From positions 32,001-96,000 of the forward strand of contig JAOPTT010000005.1 of NCBI GenBank assembly GCA_051531975.1: 64,000 bases of DNA, read 5' to 3'. Under the pieces are notes generated by a model. The model saw nothing but the letters and a program-made list of their open reading frames with translations. It made no database searches and was not told the DNA's origin. Shown piece after piece: positions 31,501-39,524 of this stretch. This stretch comes from Spirochaetaceae bacterium (GTDB lineage: Bacteria > Spirochaetota > Spirochaetia > DSM-2461). The position numbers and the translations under genes are program-made. Numbering within the stretch: position 1 is the stretch's first letter; the number at the start of each line of letters is the position of its first letter.

Positions 31501-31819
31501 AGGCAATATTGAATATCTTGCTCTAATTTGGAGAGTCTTTGCTGAAATTGGAATATTTTTATTAGATGAAAACTTAAACAATGAATTTAAAGAAGAATAT
31601 ACAATAGAAAAAAGCTTTAAACTAAGCCTTCAAGAGTTTAAAAAGATTTCTCATCCAGTAGAACAGTTTAAAACATTAATTGGTTGGTCTAGATACGAGA
31701 GACAATATGGTGATATGGAAAAAGCCAATCAGCTTTGGAATGAAACAAAAGATATCTGTATTGAGTTTAAACTTGAAGACAGATTAATTGAAATGGAAAA
31801 GGAAAAAAAGAGGCACTAG
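28544..31819 (+). CDS. Class III adenylate/guanylate cyclase - STAND (AAA) ATPase - TPR protein
   Basis: FADVVNFT, KHIGDAIMALFG, GDTVNVASRLE; FVGRE, GEAGAGKT, IFLDDIHW, GNPFYLEE; C-terminal TPR-like helices. Confidence 0.9.
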   Translation: MSEKTTLLESIKALESQRVILGDLVVDTAVGPLKKRLEKLDSEANSKVERKYATVLFADVVNFTAMSETMDAEEVNETINELWSYLDKIIIDHGGFVDKHIGDAIMALFGAKQSNENDPSQAIKAALGMQEIMLDLPINKRLKKPLKLRIGINTGSLILSNVGSNNEFTAMGDTVNVASRLEHSAPIGGVLISDETFVHIRNFYETEKQDLLNVKGKKEPVQTYKIINTKEREFYQTNRGLKGIEQKFVGREELLKELNNSLTMCQNNNILSFSLISGEAGAGKTRLMKEFSTRFVSKSNSQVLFCRTMEYEKNQPFSFIRNILRNLFEILESDSSGVATKKVEQGFISVLGEGGIEKSHFVGFLAGYDFSQSPYLEGIIDDPKQIHDIAIHYFILLIKSFSSAIIFLDDIHWFDEKSLWLLEYIIEQCKDRPLYILGCVRSSFLEKKTFLDSSKEYIKNIHLKNLNKVDSKKLIQNLLNKKEITEDLFSILYTKSQGNPFYLEELTGRLMELNIIVYSEGEVVVHLDKLANIDLPPTLHGLLQSKVESLTKNEIDILQKSSILGNNFWNKALLELSDKSIAQDFIDQSLISLDNKSILEKNISSSFLGANEYIFIQKLLKDVVYERVLIKDRKKYHLMAAKWLIDQCEGREYEYASIIARHLELSKDNSAIRWFIKAGEASFKVMALDEAYLNFIKADKLNIDLEDTNLQIIIAYNLGRIYQLKFEFKKSLSQFESMGHIAQEINNPSYEIEAFYYIVRLYSDMGEFQKILEMSTRIDTLVETSILPIDKMRVFISYAKAHFRLGDIDKSFVFCTKVIDLAIKNSDLKMESEACGLSGMCSNIQGHSDKAIEYLNRAIVIEDKLGNRERLMAVQGNMALTQYYMNKNNLQPVISTFLNIIKTAQDIGFKSSELASYSNLAEFYLEKGELKKAENSCEIVIKGVDQNLTFFIPDTYRILSITLLNQKRVGEAIIAIKKAKDLALKQGNIEYLALIWRVFAEIGIFLLDENLNNEFKEEYTIEKSFKLSLQEFKKISHPVEQFKTLIGWSRYERQYGDMEKANQLWNETKDICIEFKLEDRLIEMEKEKKRH

Positions 31820-31855
31820 TTCTCTATTGTTAAAATTGATACTTTGGAATTAAAT

Positions 31856-31909
31856 CAGTTTACTAAACCAAATTATGATAATATCATAAGAATCTCCAAT
31901 AAATATTTT
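31856..31909 (-). repeat. mmcQ/yjbR 3' remnant E with 28-bp dif-like site
   Basis: CAGTTTACTAA ACCAAA TTATGATAATA (31856-31883); 31880-31909 matches 34671-34700 at 23/30 nt. Confidence 0.6.
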
Positions 31910-31913
31910 TATA

Positions 31914-32762
31914 TTACTGTGTGTGTATCTTCAAATAGTTCCTAGGTGATTTACCGAAGTTTTTTTTGAATACTCTGGAGAAGTAGTTATAATCATTAAA
32001 TCCGGATTCATAACATGCGTCGGTATAGGATACACCATTTTGAATGAGGCTCAGGGCTGTTAGACACCGCACTTCATTTATGTAGTGTAGAATAGTCTGA
32101 TTTGTGTGATGTTTAAAAACTCTGCATAAGTGGTTTTTGGTAACACTTAATTCTCGGCTCATATCATCTAGGGTAATCTGAGAGTTGGAATCCCGGGATA
32201 TATAGAATAAAATCTTTTTAACAAGATTTAATGATTCAGGATATTTTTCAGGAATATTTTTCTGCCCATTACCCCCAAGTCTAAGTAGGCGACCGATTAT
32301 CTGATAAATGTATGATCGGATCATATATGCACTCGCTGCATCCTTTTGATGGAATTCTTCTCTTAGAGAAAGAGCAAGTTCAATCAGACTTTTGTCCTGT
32401 TTTATATAAGTTGGGAAATTTTTATATTGTCCAAGAATCCGGTCATTCCCGTCGTTGTAGATACTTTTATCTAGAGAGGAGAGATCTATTTGTACAGTAA
32501 GAAATCTTGTATTATCCAGAAAACCGGTACCCTTATGAAGATCACACCACCCTATATAACCTGTATCACCGGTATAAAGCCACTGTTTTTTCCCATTACA
32601 GAGAACTTCAACCCCACCTTCAAGGACAAAATAGAATTCAATTGCTTCATGCCAATGCAGTTCTGATCCCATACTATTATTCATCCTCTTTTGTTCATTT
32701 ATATGGACGGGGACAACAGAGTCTTTGAGTTGGATATATTCAAACACAGGTAAATGTATCAT
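31914..32762 (-). CDS. AraC-family regulator
   Basis: HWHEAIEF cupin, SGFNDYNYFSRVFKKNFGKSP. Confidence 0.92.
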   Translation of the reverse strand: MIHLPVFEYIQLKDSVVPVHINEQKRMNNSMGSELHWHEAIEFYFVLEGGVEVLCNGKKQWLYTGDTGYIGWCDLHKGTGFLDNTRFLTVQIDLSSLDKSIYNDGNDRILGQYKNFPTYIKQDKSLIELALSLREEFHQKDAASAYMIRSYIYQIIGRLLRLGGNGQKNIPEKYPESLNLVKKILFYISRDSNSQITLDDMSRELSVTKNHLCRVFKHHTNQTILHYINEVRCLTALSLIQNGVSYTDACYESGFNDYNYFSRVFKKNFGKSPRNYLKIHTQ

Positions 32763-32878
32763 AAGAACTCCTTTGACATATCAATATTGTGCTATTATTG
32801 GGGTGTATTATACCTATTATTGATATTATATCAGAATATAATACTAATATAAATAATTAATATAAAGGGGTTAATGAT

Positions 32879-34336
32879 ATGAGAGTTTTATTTGTTGATA
32901 TAGATACACTTCGTCCTGACCATATGGGTTGTTACGGTTATCATAGAAACACTACTCCAAACATGGATAAAATATGTGAAGAGGGGATCAGATTTAACAA
33001 CTATTATACATCTGATGCACCTTGTCTGCCTTCAAGGGCGGCACTTATAAGTGGTATGCACGGATTCAGAAATGGTGCCGTTGGTCATGGTGGGACAGCT
33101 GCAGACCGACGATTAGTTGGTAAGGAGAGAGGTTTCAAAGATTACCGTGATGAAGGGAACTTTCATAATATTTTTAGAAAGGCGGGAATGCATACAGCAT
33201 CCATAAGTACATTCCCTGAACGCCACTCCATGTGGTGGTTTAATGGCGGATTAAATGAAACATACAATGTAGGTAAATGCGGTATGGAATCCGGAGAGGA
33301 AGTAATCCCTGTAGCACTAGACTGGCTTGATAGAAAAGGGTTGGAAGACGACTGGTATCTCCATGTTCATTTATGGGATCCACATACACCATACAGGGCT
33401 CCTGAATCTTTTGGAGAACCATTTGAGGGACAGCCAGTAAAACCATGGCTAACGAAAGAGGTCTTTGAACAGCACAAAAAACATACAGGACCCCATTCTA
33501 TATTGGAGACGGGTATGTATGATGACAATGTTGGGCCGGGAATTATTAGACAACCTGGTATGTGTAGAACTATGGATGAGTATACAAAATTCTTAAACGG
33601 TTATGATACCGGTATATCCTATGCCGACTATTTAATGGGCCAAGTCTTTGATAAGTTAAAATCTCTAGGTATATACGAGGAAACAGCTGTCATAATTACA
33701 TCTGACCATGGTGAGAATATGGGAGAATTGGGAATATATGCGGAACATGGAACTGCAGATAAAGGAACCTGTAACATACCAATGATAATAAAATGGCCAG
33801 GTATTGAAGGTAGCAAAGTTGATAATGGATACCACTATAATCTGGATCTGCTTCCGACTATGGCCGAACTACTATGTGTGGAAAAGTCAGATCATTGGGA
33901 CGGTGAGAGTTATAAATCATGCTTATTCAGTACCGATGAGTTTCCAGGAAGGAACCATCTTATTATTTCCCAGAATGCACATGTCTGTCAGCGGAGTGCT
34001 CTTTTTGACGGATGGCTCTATATTCGAACAATTCACGACGGCTATCATCTTTTTGACAGAGAGATGTTATTCAATCTCAACGAAGATCCATATGAACAAA
34101 ATAATGTTAGGGATGACAACCAAGAGATTTGTGCCAAAGGAGCCAAACTAATCCTTGATTGGCAGGAGGAGCAGATGAAAAAAGATCCATCCAACAGGGA
34201 TCCAATGTGGACAGTAATGAATGAAGGTGGTCCAATGCATACAAAGACAGATCTTAGGTCGTATATTAAACGTTTAAAAGAAACCGGACGGGATGAAGGA
34301 GCCCGGACTCTTGAGCAGAAATATTTGATGTCCTAA
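32879..34336 (+). CDS. Formylglycine-dependent sulfatase
   Basis: DIDTLRPDH, CLPSRAALISG, WDPHTPY, TSDHGE. Confidence 0.92.
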   Translation: MRVLFVDIDTLRPDHMGCYGYHRNTTPNMDKICEEGIRFNNYYTSDAPCLPSRAALISGMHGFRNGAVGHGGTAADRRLVGKERGFKDYRDEGNFHNIFRKAGMHTASISTFPERHSMWWFNGGLNETYNVGKCGMESGEEVIPVALDWLDRKGLEDDWYLHVHLWDPHTPYRAPESFGEPFEGQPVKPWLTKEVFEQHKKHTGPHSILETGMYDDNVGPGIIRQPGMCRTMDEYTKFLNGYDTGISYADYLMGQVFDKLKSLGIYEETAVIITSDHGENMGELGIYAEHGTADKGTCNIPMIIKWPGIEGSKVDNGYHYNLDLLPTMAELLCVEKSDHWDGESYKSCLFSTDEFPGRNHLIISQNAHVCQRSALFDGWLYIRTIHDGYHLFDREMLFNLNEDPYEQNNVRDDNQEICAKGAKLILDWQEEQMKKDPSNRDPMWTVMNEGGPMHTKTDLRSYIKRLKETGRDEGARTLEQKYLMS

Positions 34337-34353
34337 TTCAGATACAACATATT

Positions 34354-34384
34354 GGGCTCCCAAAAAGAGGGAGCTCTTTTTTAT
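34354..34384 (+). terminator. Intrinsic terminator
   Basis: GGGCTCCC-AAAAAGA-GGGAGCTC followed by T-run. Confidence 0.8.
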
Positions 34385-34408
34385 CTTTTTAATAACCGTT
34401 ATTACACC

Positions 34409-34590
34409 CTAGATCACTTTGTGTATTTTCCTGTATTCCCCGGGAGTAATTCCTTCCCGTTGTCTAAAACGTCTGATATAACTTGGGACATTCAGGTATC
34501 CAATAGATTCTGCAATATTTTTTAATAAACAGTCGGGCTTGATAAGTTCTTTTTTACTCTCCTCAATTCTTATAATGGACAGATATGGAA
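34409..34590 (-). pseudogene. C-terminal HTH remnant of an AraC-family regulator
   Basis: YLSIIRIEESKKELIKPDCLLKNIAESIGYLNVPSYIRRFRQREGITPG, then a frameshift before (E)YRKIHKVI*; no N-terminus. Confidence 0.8.
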
Positions 34591-34613
34591 TTCCCCCAGT
34601 TTAATAGACATAT

Positions 34614-34976
34614 TCATGATATTTTATTCACAATAGACTCTCTATCCTTTTTGGATAGTTTATTAAATACAATATCATAGGATTCTGATATAAGTCTTTT
34701 AATCAAATCATCCTCTAAGGTTCCATCTATCATAAGCGACACCCAATGTGTTTTGTTCATATGATACCCAGGAATAATTGCATCAAATAGGTTTCTAAGT
34801 ATTAAGTTATCTTCAGGATCACCTTTAACATTAATTCTAAGGTTTCCATCTGCTTCACCTATAAGGCCAAACATTTTACCACCAACTTTGTAAACTTCAG
34901 TAACATTATCGAAGGGATAGGTTAGTTCTGAACCTTTAAGGGAATCAAAATATTCCATAACTTGGGCTTTAGTCAT
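34614..34976 (-). CDS. MmcQ/YjbR-family DNA-binding protein
   Basis: YPFD, YKVGGKMF, INVKGDPE, IIPGYHMNKTHW, LISESYDIV. Confidence 0.92.
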   Translation of the reverse strand: MTKAQVMEYFDSLKGSELTYPFDNVTEVYKVGGKMFGLIGEADGNLRINVKGDPEDNLILRNLFDAIIPGYHMNKTHWVSLMIDGTLEDDLIKRLISESYDIVFNKLSKKDRESIVNKIS

Positions 34977-35149
34977 AATTACCTCTTTGTTTTACTATAA
35001 CCCCGTTTGTTACTAATTTACCAGTTAATATAGATATTGGCATCCTAGTTGGTAAGAGTACTGATAACATTCATATATATTAGTGAAGTTTATAATATAA
35101 AGCATCTAAATAATTGGCAAAGATGAAGTGAATCTTTTACAATTAATTT

Positions 35150-38100
35150 ATGACAAAAATTAATTATTTAACAAAGTTAAAATTTTTTTTAATCATATAT
35201 ATATTCTCAGCTAACTCTTTATTCTCTCAACAGATTGTAGATAACTTTACTATATTTGATGAAACTAATGGTTTAGTTCAAGCCATTGTATCAGCAACCC
35301 AGGATAACCAAGGGTTTTTATGGTTTGGTACTGAAGGAAATAATGGTGTTTTTAGGTACGACGGTGTAGAGTTTGTACAGTTTAAACATGAACCAGACAA
35401 TTCTAGCTCTATAGTTTCCGGAAGTATTTATAGTATTATAACTGATAGAAATGGATATATTTGGTTTGCATCAAATGGCGGAGGTCTTAGCCGATTAGAC
35501 CCAATTAATCTAAAATTCCATAACTTCAGCCACTCCCCAACTGATTTAAACAGTATAGCTGATAACTCGATATACTCTCTATTAGAAGATAAAGATGGTA
35601 ACATTTGGATTGCTACAGCAAAAAGTTTAGATCTGTATAATCCCTCTACAAATACTTTTACCCATAACTATCCAAATCGAAATACTAATGGGAAATTAAC
35701 AAACTCTCTTATTTACCATATGTACGAAAGTAGGGATGGAACTATTTGGATTGGGACATATGGCGGAGGATTAAATTATTATAATCCGGATACTCACAAA
35801 TTTAAGTCTTATACTAACGATCCAGGTAATCCTAAAACAATATCAAGTGATACTTGTGGAGCTATAACAGAGGATGTTGATGGTCATATATGGGTTGGAG
35901 GGAAGGCGGGACTTAATAAATTAGATCGAAATACAGGTGAGTTTTTCCATTTTAGGTACGATCATAATAATAACGAATCTATAGCTGATGATTATATATG
36001 GGATATAGAACAGGATTCATCTGGTAATTTGTGGTTAGCAGGTTTTGGAGGTGGTATTGGAAAGTTTGATATACAAACTGGGAAAGTACGTAGGTTTTTA
36101 AATAACTCAATCATCCAAAGTAGTTTAAGTAGTAATTTAGTTTTTTTTAACTTTATCGATACAGGTGGAGTATTATGGAGTGGGACTGTTGATGGTGGTT
36201 TAAATAAATATAACCTTCTTAATGAACAATTTATTAACTATAAAAGCATCGATCGTGATTCTAATAGCTTTTCCGTTTCATCTCTTTTTACTATTTATCA
36301 AACAACAGATAAAAATATTTGGATTGGAGGTCAAGGACATCAATCCGGTTTAAACAAATGGAATAGAAGTGAATCTAAAATTACCCACTATCTACCTAAT
36401 AAGGATATTAAAAATAGCCTACCTGAAGGAGAAGTTTTATCTATATATGAAGATTCTAGTGGTAACTTATATATTGGACAGTATGGATTAACATACTTTG
36501 ATAGAGATAACAGTTCATTTACAAGAATATTTCCGTCTGTGAAAGATGAAGAGATATATTCTGGTATAACTGTACGAAAGATAGTTGAAGATCGGGATAA
36601 AAACCTATGGCTAACGACTGAAAGAGGGTTAATAAAAATATCCCCGGGCAGAGATGACTATGAAATATTTTATGATAAAACTCCATTAACAACTCTATTT
36701 ATTGATAATAAAGATAGTTTATGGGTTGGAACAGCATCTGAGGGTCTTAAAAGAAAGGATTATAACACAGGAGAGTGGGAAAGTTTTATAAATAAAGTTG
36801 ATTCAAAAAACAGACATATATCAGGAATGATTACTTCTATCTATCAGGATAAAAAATCAAGAATATGGGTTGGAACTGATACAGGTCTTAAATTATTTAA
36901 TGAAATAGATAATACATTTTCCACTTTTACAGAATCTGATGGATTTATAAGTAATTCTATTTTGAGTATAGAAGAAGATTCTGGGGGAGCTTTCTGGTTA
37001 GGGACATCCCAGGGATTAGTTAATTTTAATTACGATACAAAAGAGATTAACAACTTTACTGTATCAGATGGAATTCAGGGAAATGAGTTCTCTATTAGAA
37101 ACGATAACTCTATAACTGATGATAATGGTTATATGTATTTTGTTGGAAAAAATGGTTTAACTATTTTTGACCCTTTGAACATAAAGAAAAATGAAAATAA
37201 GCCTAAAGTTGTATTAACTGCTTTCAAAACTTTTAATAAAAAATATGAGATGGATGTTGCTGCCTCTGGTATAAAAAGTCTGGATTTAAGTTGGAAAGAT
37301 AGTATGATAACTTTTGAATTTTCAGCATTAGATTATAATAATCCAGGTCAAAATAGCTATATGTATATGATGAAGGGTTTTGATAAAACTTGGATTGATT
37401 CTAAAAATAACTCTACTGCTACGTATACTAATCTTGATGGAGGAGAGTATACATTTTTGGTTAAAGCATCTAATAATCACGGTGTATGGAATGAAGATGG
37501 TATAAATATTCCAATAAAGATTACCCCACCTTGGTGGAAGAGGTGGTGGGCTAATACTCTGTATATTCTAGTAACTCTACTTCTTATAACACTGTTTATT
37601 AAGTATAGGTTATCAACTTTAGAGAGAGCAAAAAATAGATTAGAGTTAGAGGTTGGAGAGAGAACTAAAGAGCTAAATAACTCTTTAATAAATTTAAAAG
37701 AGACCCAAGAACAGCTGATTGAGTCAGGGAAAATGGCTGCGCTTGGTGGCCTTGTTGCAGGTGTGGCCCACGAAATTAATACTCCTATTGGTATTAGTAT
37801 AACTGCAGCATCGTATTTTAAAGGAATCACCGATGAAGTCTCCCACAAATTTACTGGGGGTGAGTTATCTAAAAAGGATTTTAATAAATATATTTTTGAT
37901 GCAACAGAAAGCTCCGATATAATTTTGACTAATGTTGTACAAGCTGCAAACCTCATTCAGAGTTTTAAAAAGGTTGCTGTAGATCAGACAAGTGAACACC
38001 TTAGAAATTTTAAAATTGGTGCCTATCTAGAAGAAGTTTTAATGAGTTTACATCCAAAAATTAAAAGGACAAAACATAAAATTTTAATAAATATGGAAAA

Positions 38101-38464
38101 AGAGTACACTGTGACAAGCTACCCTGGTGCTTTATCCCAGATAATCACTAACCTAATTATGAACTCTATAATTCATGGTTTTGAAGATATAGATTCAGGT
38201 CAAATTATTATTACTATTAAAAAGGCAGATACTAAAATACATATAGATTATATAGATACAGGTAGGGGTATTCCTTCTAACATAATACCAAATATCTTTG
38301 ATCCTTTTTTTACTACAAAAAGAGGAGTTGGAGGTAGTGGCCTTGGTATGCATATCCTATATAATTTAGTAGTACAAACACTTAAAGGTAGGGTAGAATG
38401 TATAGATACTTCAATGAAGGGTGCACATTTTAAAATTCAATTTCCAATTAATGTAGGAACATAG
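35150..38464 (+). CDS. Sensor histidine kinase with beta-propeller (Reg_prop) and Y_Y_Y domains
   Basis: Repeated EDxxGNIWI units, YTNLDGGEYTFLVKASN, PPWW TM, AHEINTP, NSIIHGF, FFTTK, GSGLG. Confidence 0.92.
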   Translation: MTKINYLTKLKFFLIIYIFSANSLFSQQIVDNFTIFDETNGLVQAIVSATQDNQGFLWFGTEGNNGVFRYDGVEFVQFKHEPDNSSSIVSGSIYSIITDRNGYIWFASNGGGLSRLDPINLKFHNFSHSPTDLNSIADNSIYSLLEDKDGNIWIATAKSLDLYNPSTNTFTHNYPNRNTNGKLTNSLIYHMYESRDGTIWIGTYGGGLNYYNPDTHKFKSYTNDPGNPKTISSDTCGAITEDVDGHIWVGGKAGLNKLDRNTGEFFHFRYDHNNNESIADDYIWDIEQDSSGNLWLAGFGGGIGKFDIQTGKVRRFLNNSIIQSSLSSNLVFFNFIDTGGVLWSGTVDGGLNKYNLLNEQFINYKSIDRDSNSFSVSSLFTIYQTTDKNIWIGGQGHQSGLNKWNRSESKITHYLPNKDIKNSLPEGEVLSIYEDSSGNLYIGQYGLTYFDRDNSSFTRIFPSVKDEEIYSGITVRKIVEDRDKNLWLTTERGLIKISPGRDDYEIFYDKTPLTTLFIDNKDSLWVGTASEGLKRKDYNTGEWESFINKVDSKNRHISGMITSIYQDKKSRIWVGTDTGLKLFNEIDNTFSTFTESDGFISNSILSIEEDSGGAFWLGTSQGLVNFNYDTKEINNFTVSDGIQGNEFSIRNDNSITDDNGYMYFVGKNGLTIFDPLNIKKNENKPKVVLTAFKTFNKKYEMDVAASGIKSLDLSWKDSMITFEFSALDYNNPGQNSYMYMMKGFDKTWIDSKNNSTATYTNLDGGEYTFLVKASNNHGVWNEDGINIPIKITPPWWKRWWANTLYILVTLLLITLFIKYRLSTLERAKNRLELEVGERTKELNNSLINLKETQEQLIESGKMAALGGLVAGVAHEINTPIGISITAASYFKGITDEVSHKFTGGELSKKDFNKYIFDATESSDIILTNVVQAANLIQSFKKVAVDQTSEHLRNFKIGAYLEEVLMSLHPKIKRTKHKILINMEKEYTVTSYPGALSQIITNLIMNSIIHGFEDIDSGQIIITIKKADTKIHIDYIDTGRGIPSNIIPNIFDPFFTTKRGVGGSGLGMHILYNLVVQTLKGRVECIDTSMKGAHFKIQFPINVGT

Positions 38465-38474
38465 GAGAAAAACA

Positions 38475-39461
38475 GTGTCAGATAATGACTTAATCACATT
38501 TAGTGACGATGATGAACTTATATCTTTTAAAGAAGACATTACAGAAGAAAAATCTTTACAGGATGATAAACAAGTATGGAATATTCTGATTGTTGATGAT
38601 GAACCTGAGATACATCGAATGACAAAAATGGTTTTAAGAGATTATCGATTTAAAAATCGTTCCTTGTCTATAACAAGTGCATACTCCAGGCGGGAAGCTA
38701 TTGAAATTTTGTCAAAAGAGAATGATATCGCACTAATACTACTTGATGTGGTTATGGAAAGTGATGATGCTGGTCTGTTATGTGTAAAAGATATACGAGA
38801 AAAACTAAAAAACCATAGTGTTAGAATCATCTTAAGAACTGGTCAGCCAGGACAAGCCCCAGAACAGAAAGTTATTGTTGATTATGATATAAATGATTAT
38901 AAACTAAAAACAGAGATTACATCTCAAAAATTATTTACATCAGTAGTTTCGTCTCTACGAACTTATCACCACATAAAAATCTTGAATCGTAGTAGGGTTG
39001 GGTTAGAAAGAATAATTGAGGGAGTAGGAAGTCTATATGATTATAAATCATTCAGTCTTTTTGCTTCAGGAATACTTGAGCAACTAATTTCAATTCTACA
39101 GCTAGAAGATGACTCCTTTTATCTGAAATTTTCAAGTTTATCTGCTTATTTAGATGAATCGGGAGATGATTATCAAATTGTAGCCGCTACAGGTGATTTT
39201 GCAGGAAAAGAAAAGATAAACCTTTGTGAAGCCATTAGTGATCCTTTAAGGTCAAACCTTTTAAAAGCTATAAAAGATAAAAGTAGTTCATTTGATGATA
39301 ACTCATATATCGGTTTTTTTGAAACAGCAACTGGAGGACATACCCTTTTATATCTTTCTTGTCATAGTGAATTATGTGACACAGATAAAAATTTAATTTC
39401 ACTTTTTATTAAAAATGTCTCAACAGTTTTTGAACACATTTCTAATAATAAGAAGCCTTAG
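38475..39461 (+). CDS. Response regulator with DUF3369-like domain
   Basis: LIVDDE, LLDVVME, RTGQPGQAPE, YDINDYKLK. Confidence 0.85.
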   Translation: MSDNDLITFSDDDELISFKEDITEEKSLQDDKQVWNILIVDDEPEIHRMTKMVLRDYRFKNRSLSITSAYSRREAIEILSKENDIALILLDVVMESDDAGLLCVKDIREKLKNHSVRIILRTGQPGQAPEQKVIVDYDINDYKLKTEITSQKLFTSVVSSLRTYHHIKILNRSRVGLERIIEGVGSLYDYKSFSLFASGILEQLISILQLEDDSFYLKFSSLSAYLDESGDDYQIVAATGDFAGKEKINLCEAISDPLRSNLLKAIKDKSSSFDDNSYIGFFETATGGHTLLYLSCHSELCDTDKNLISLFIKNVSTVFEHISNNKKP

Positions 39462-39524
39462 TAGTAGTTATTATTATGACGTATTTTCTTTACTTTAACA
39501 TAAAATAGACTAAAATTAGTATTA

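Noticed and set aside
24055..34976. Classical integron, CRISPR array or prophage as explanation of the repeats
   Set aside because: No integrase, attC palindromes, cas or phage genes; repeats are gene-derived, unequal in length and kilobases apart.
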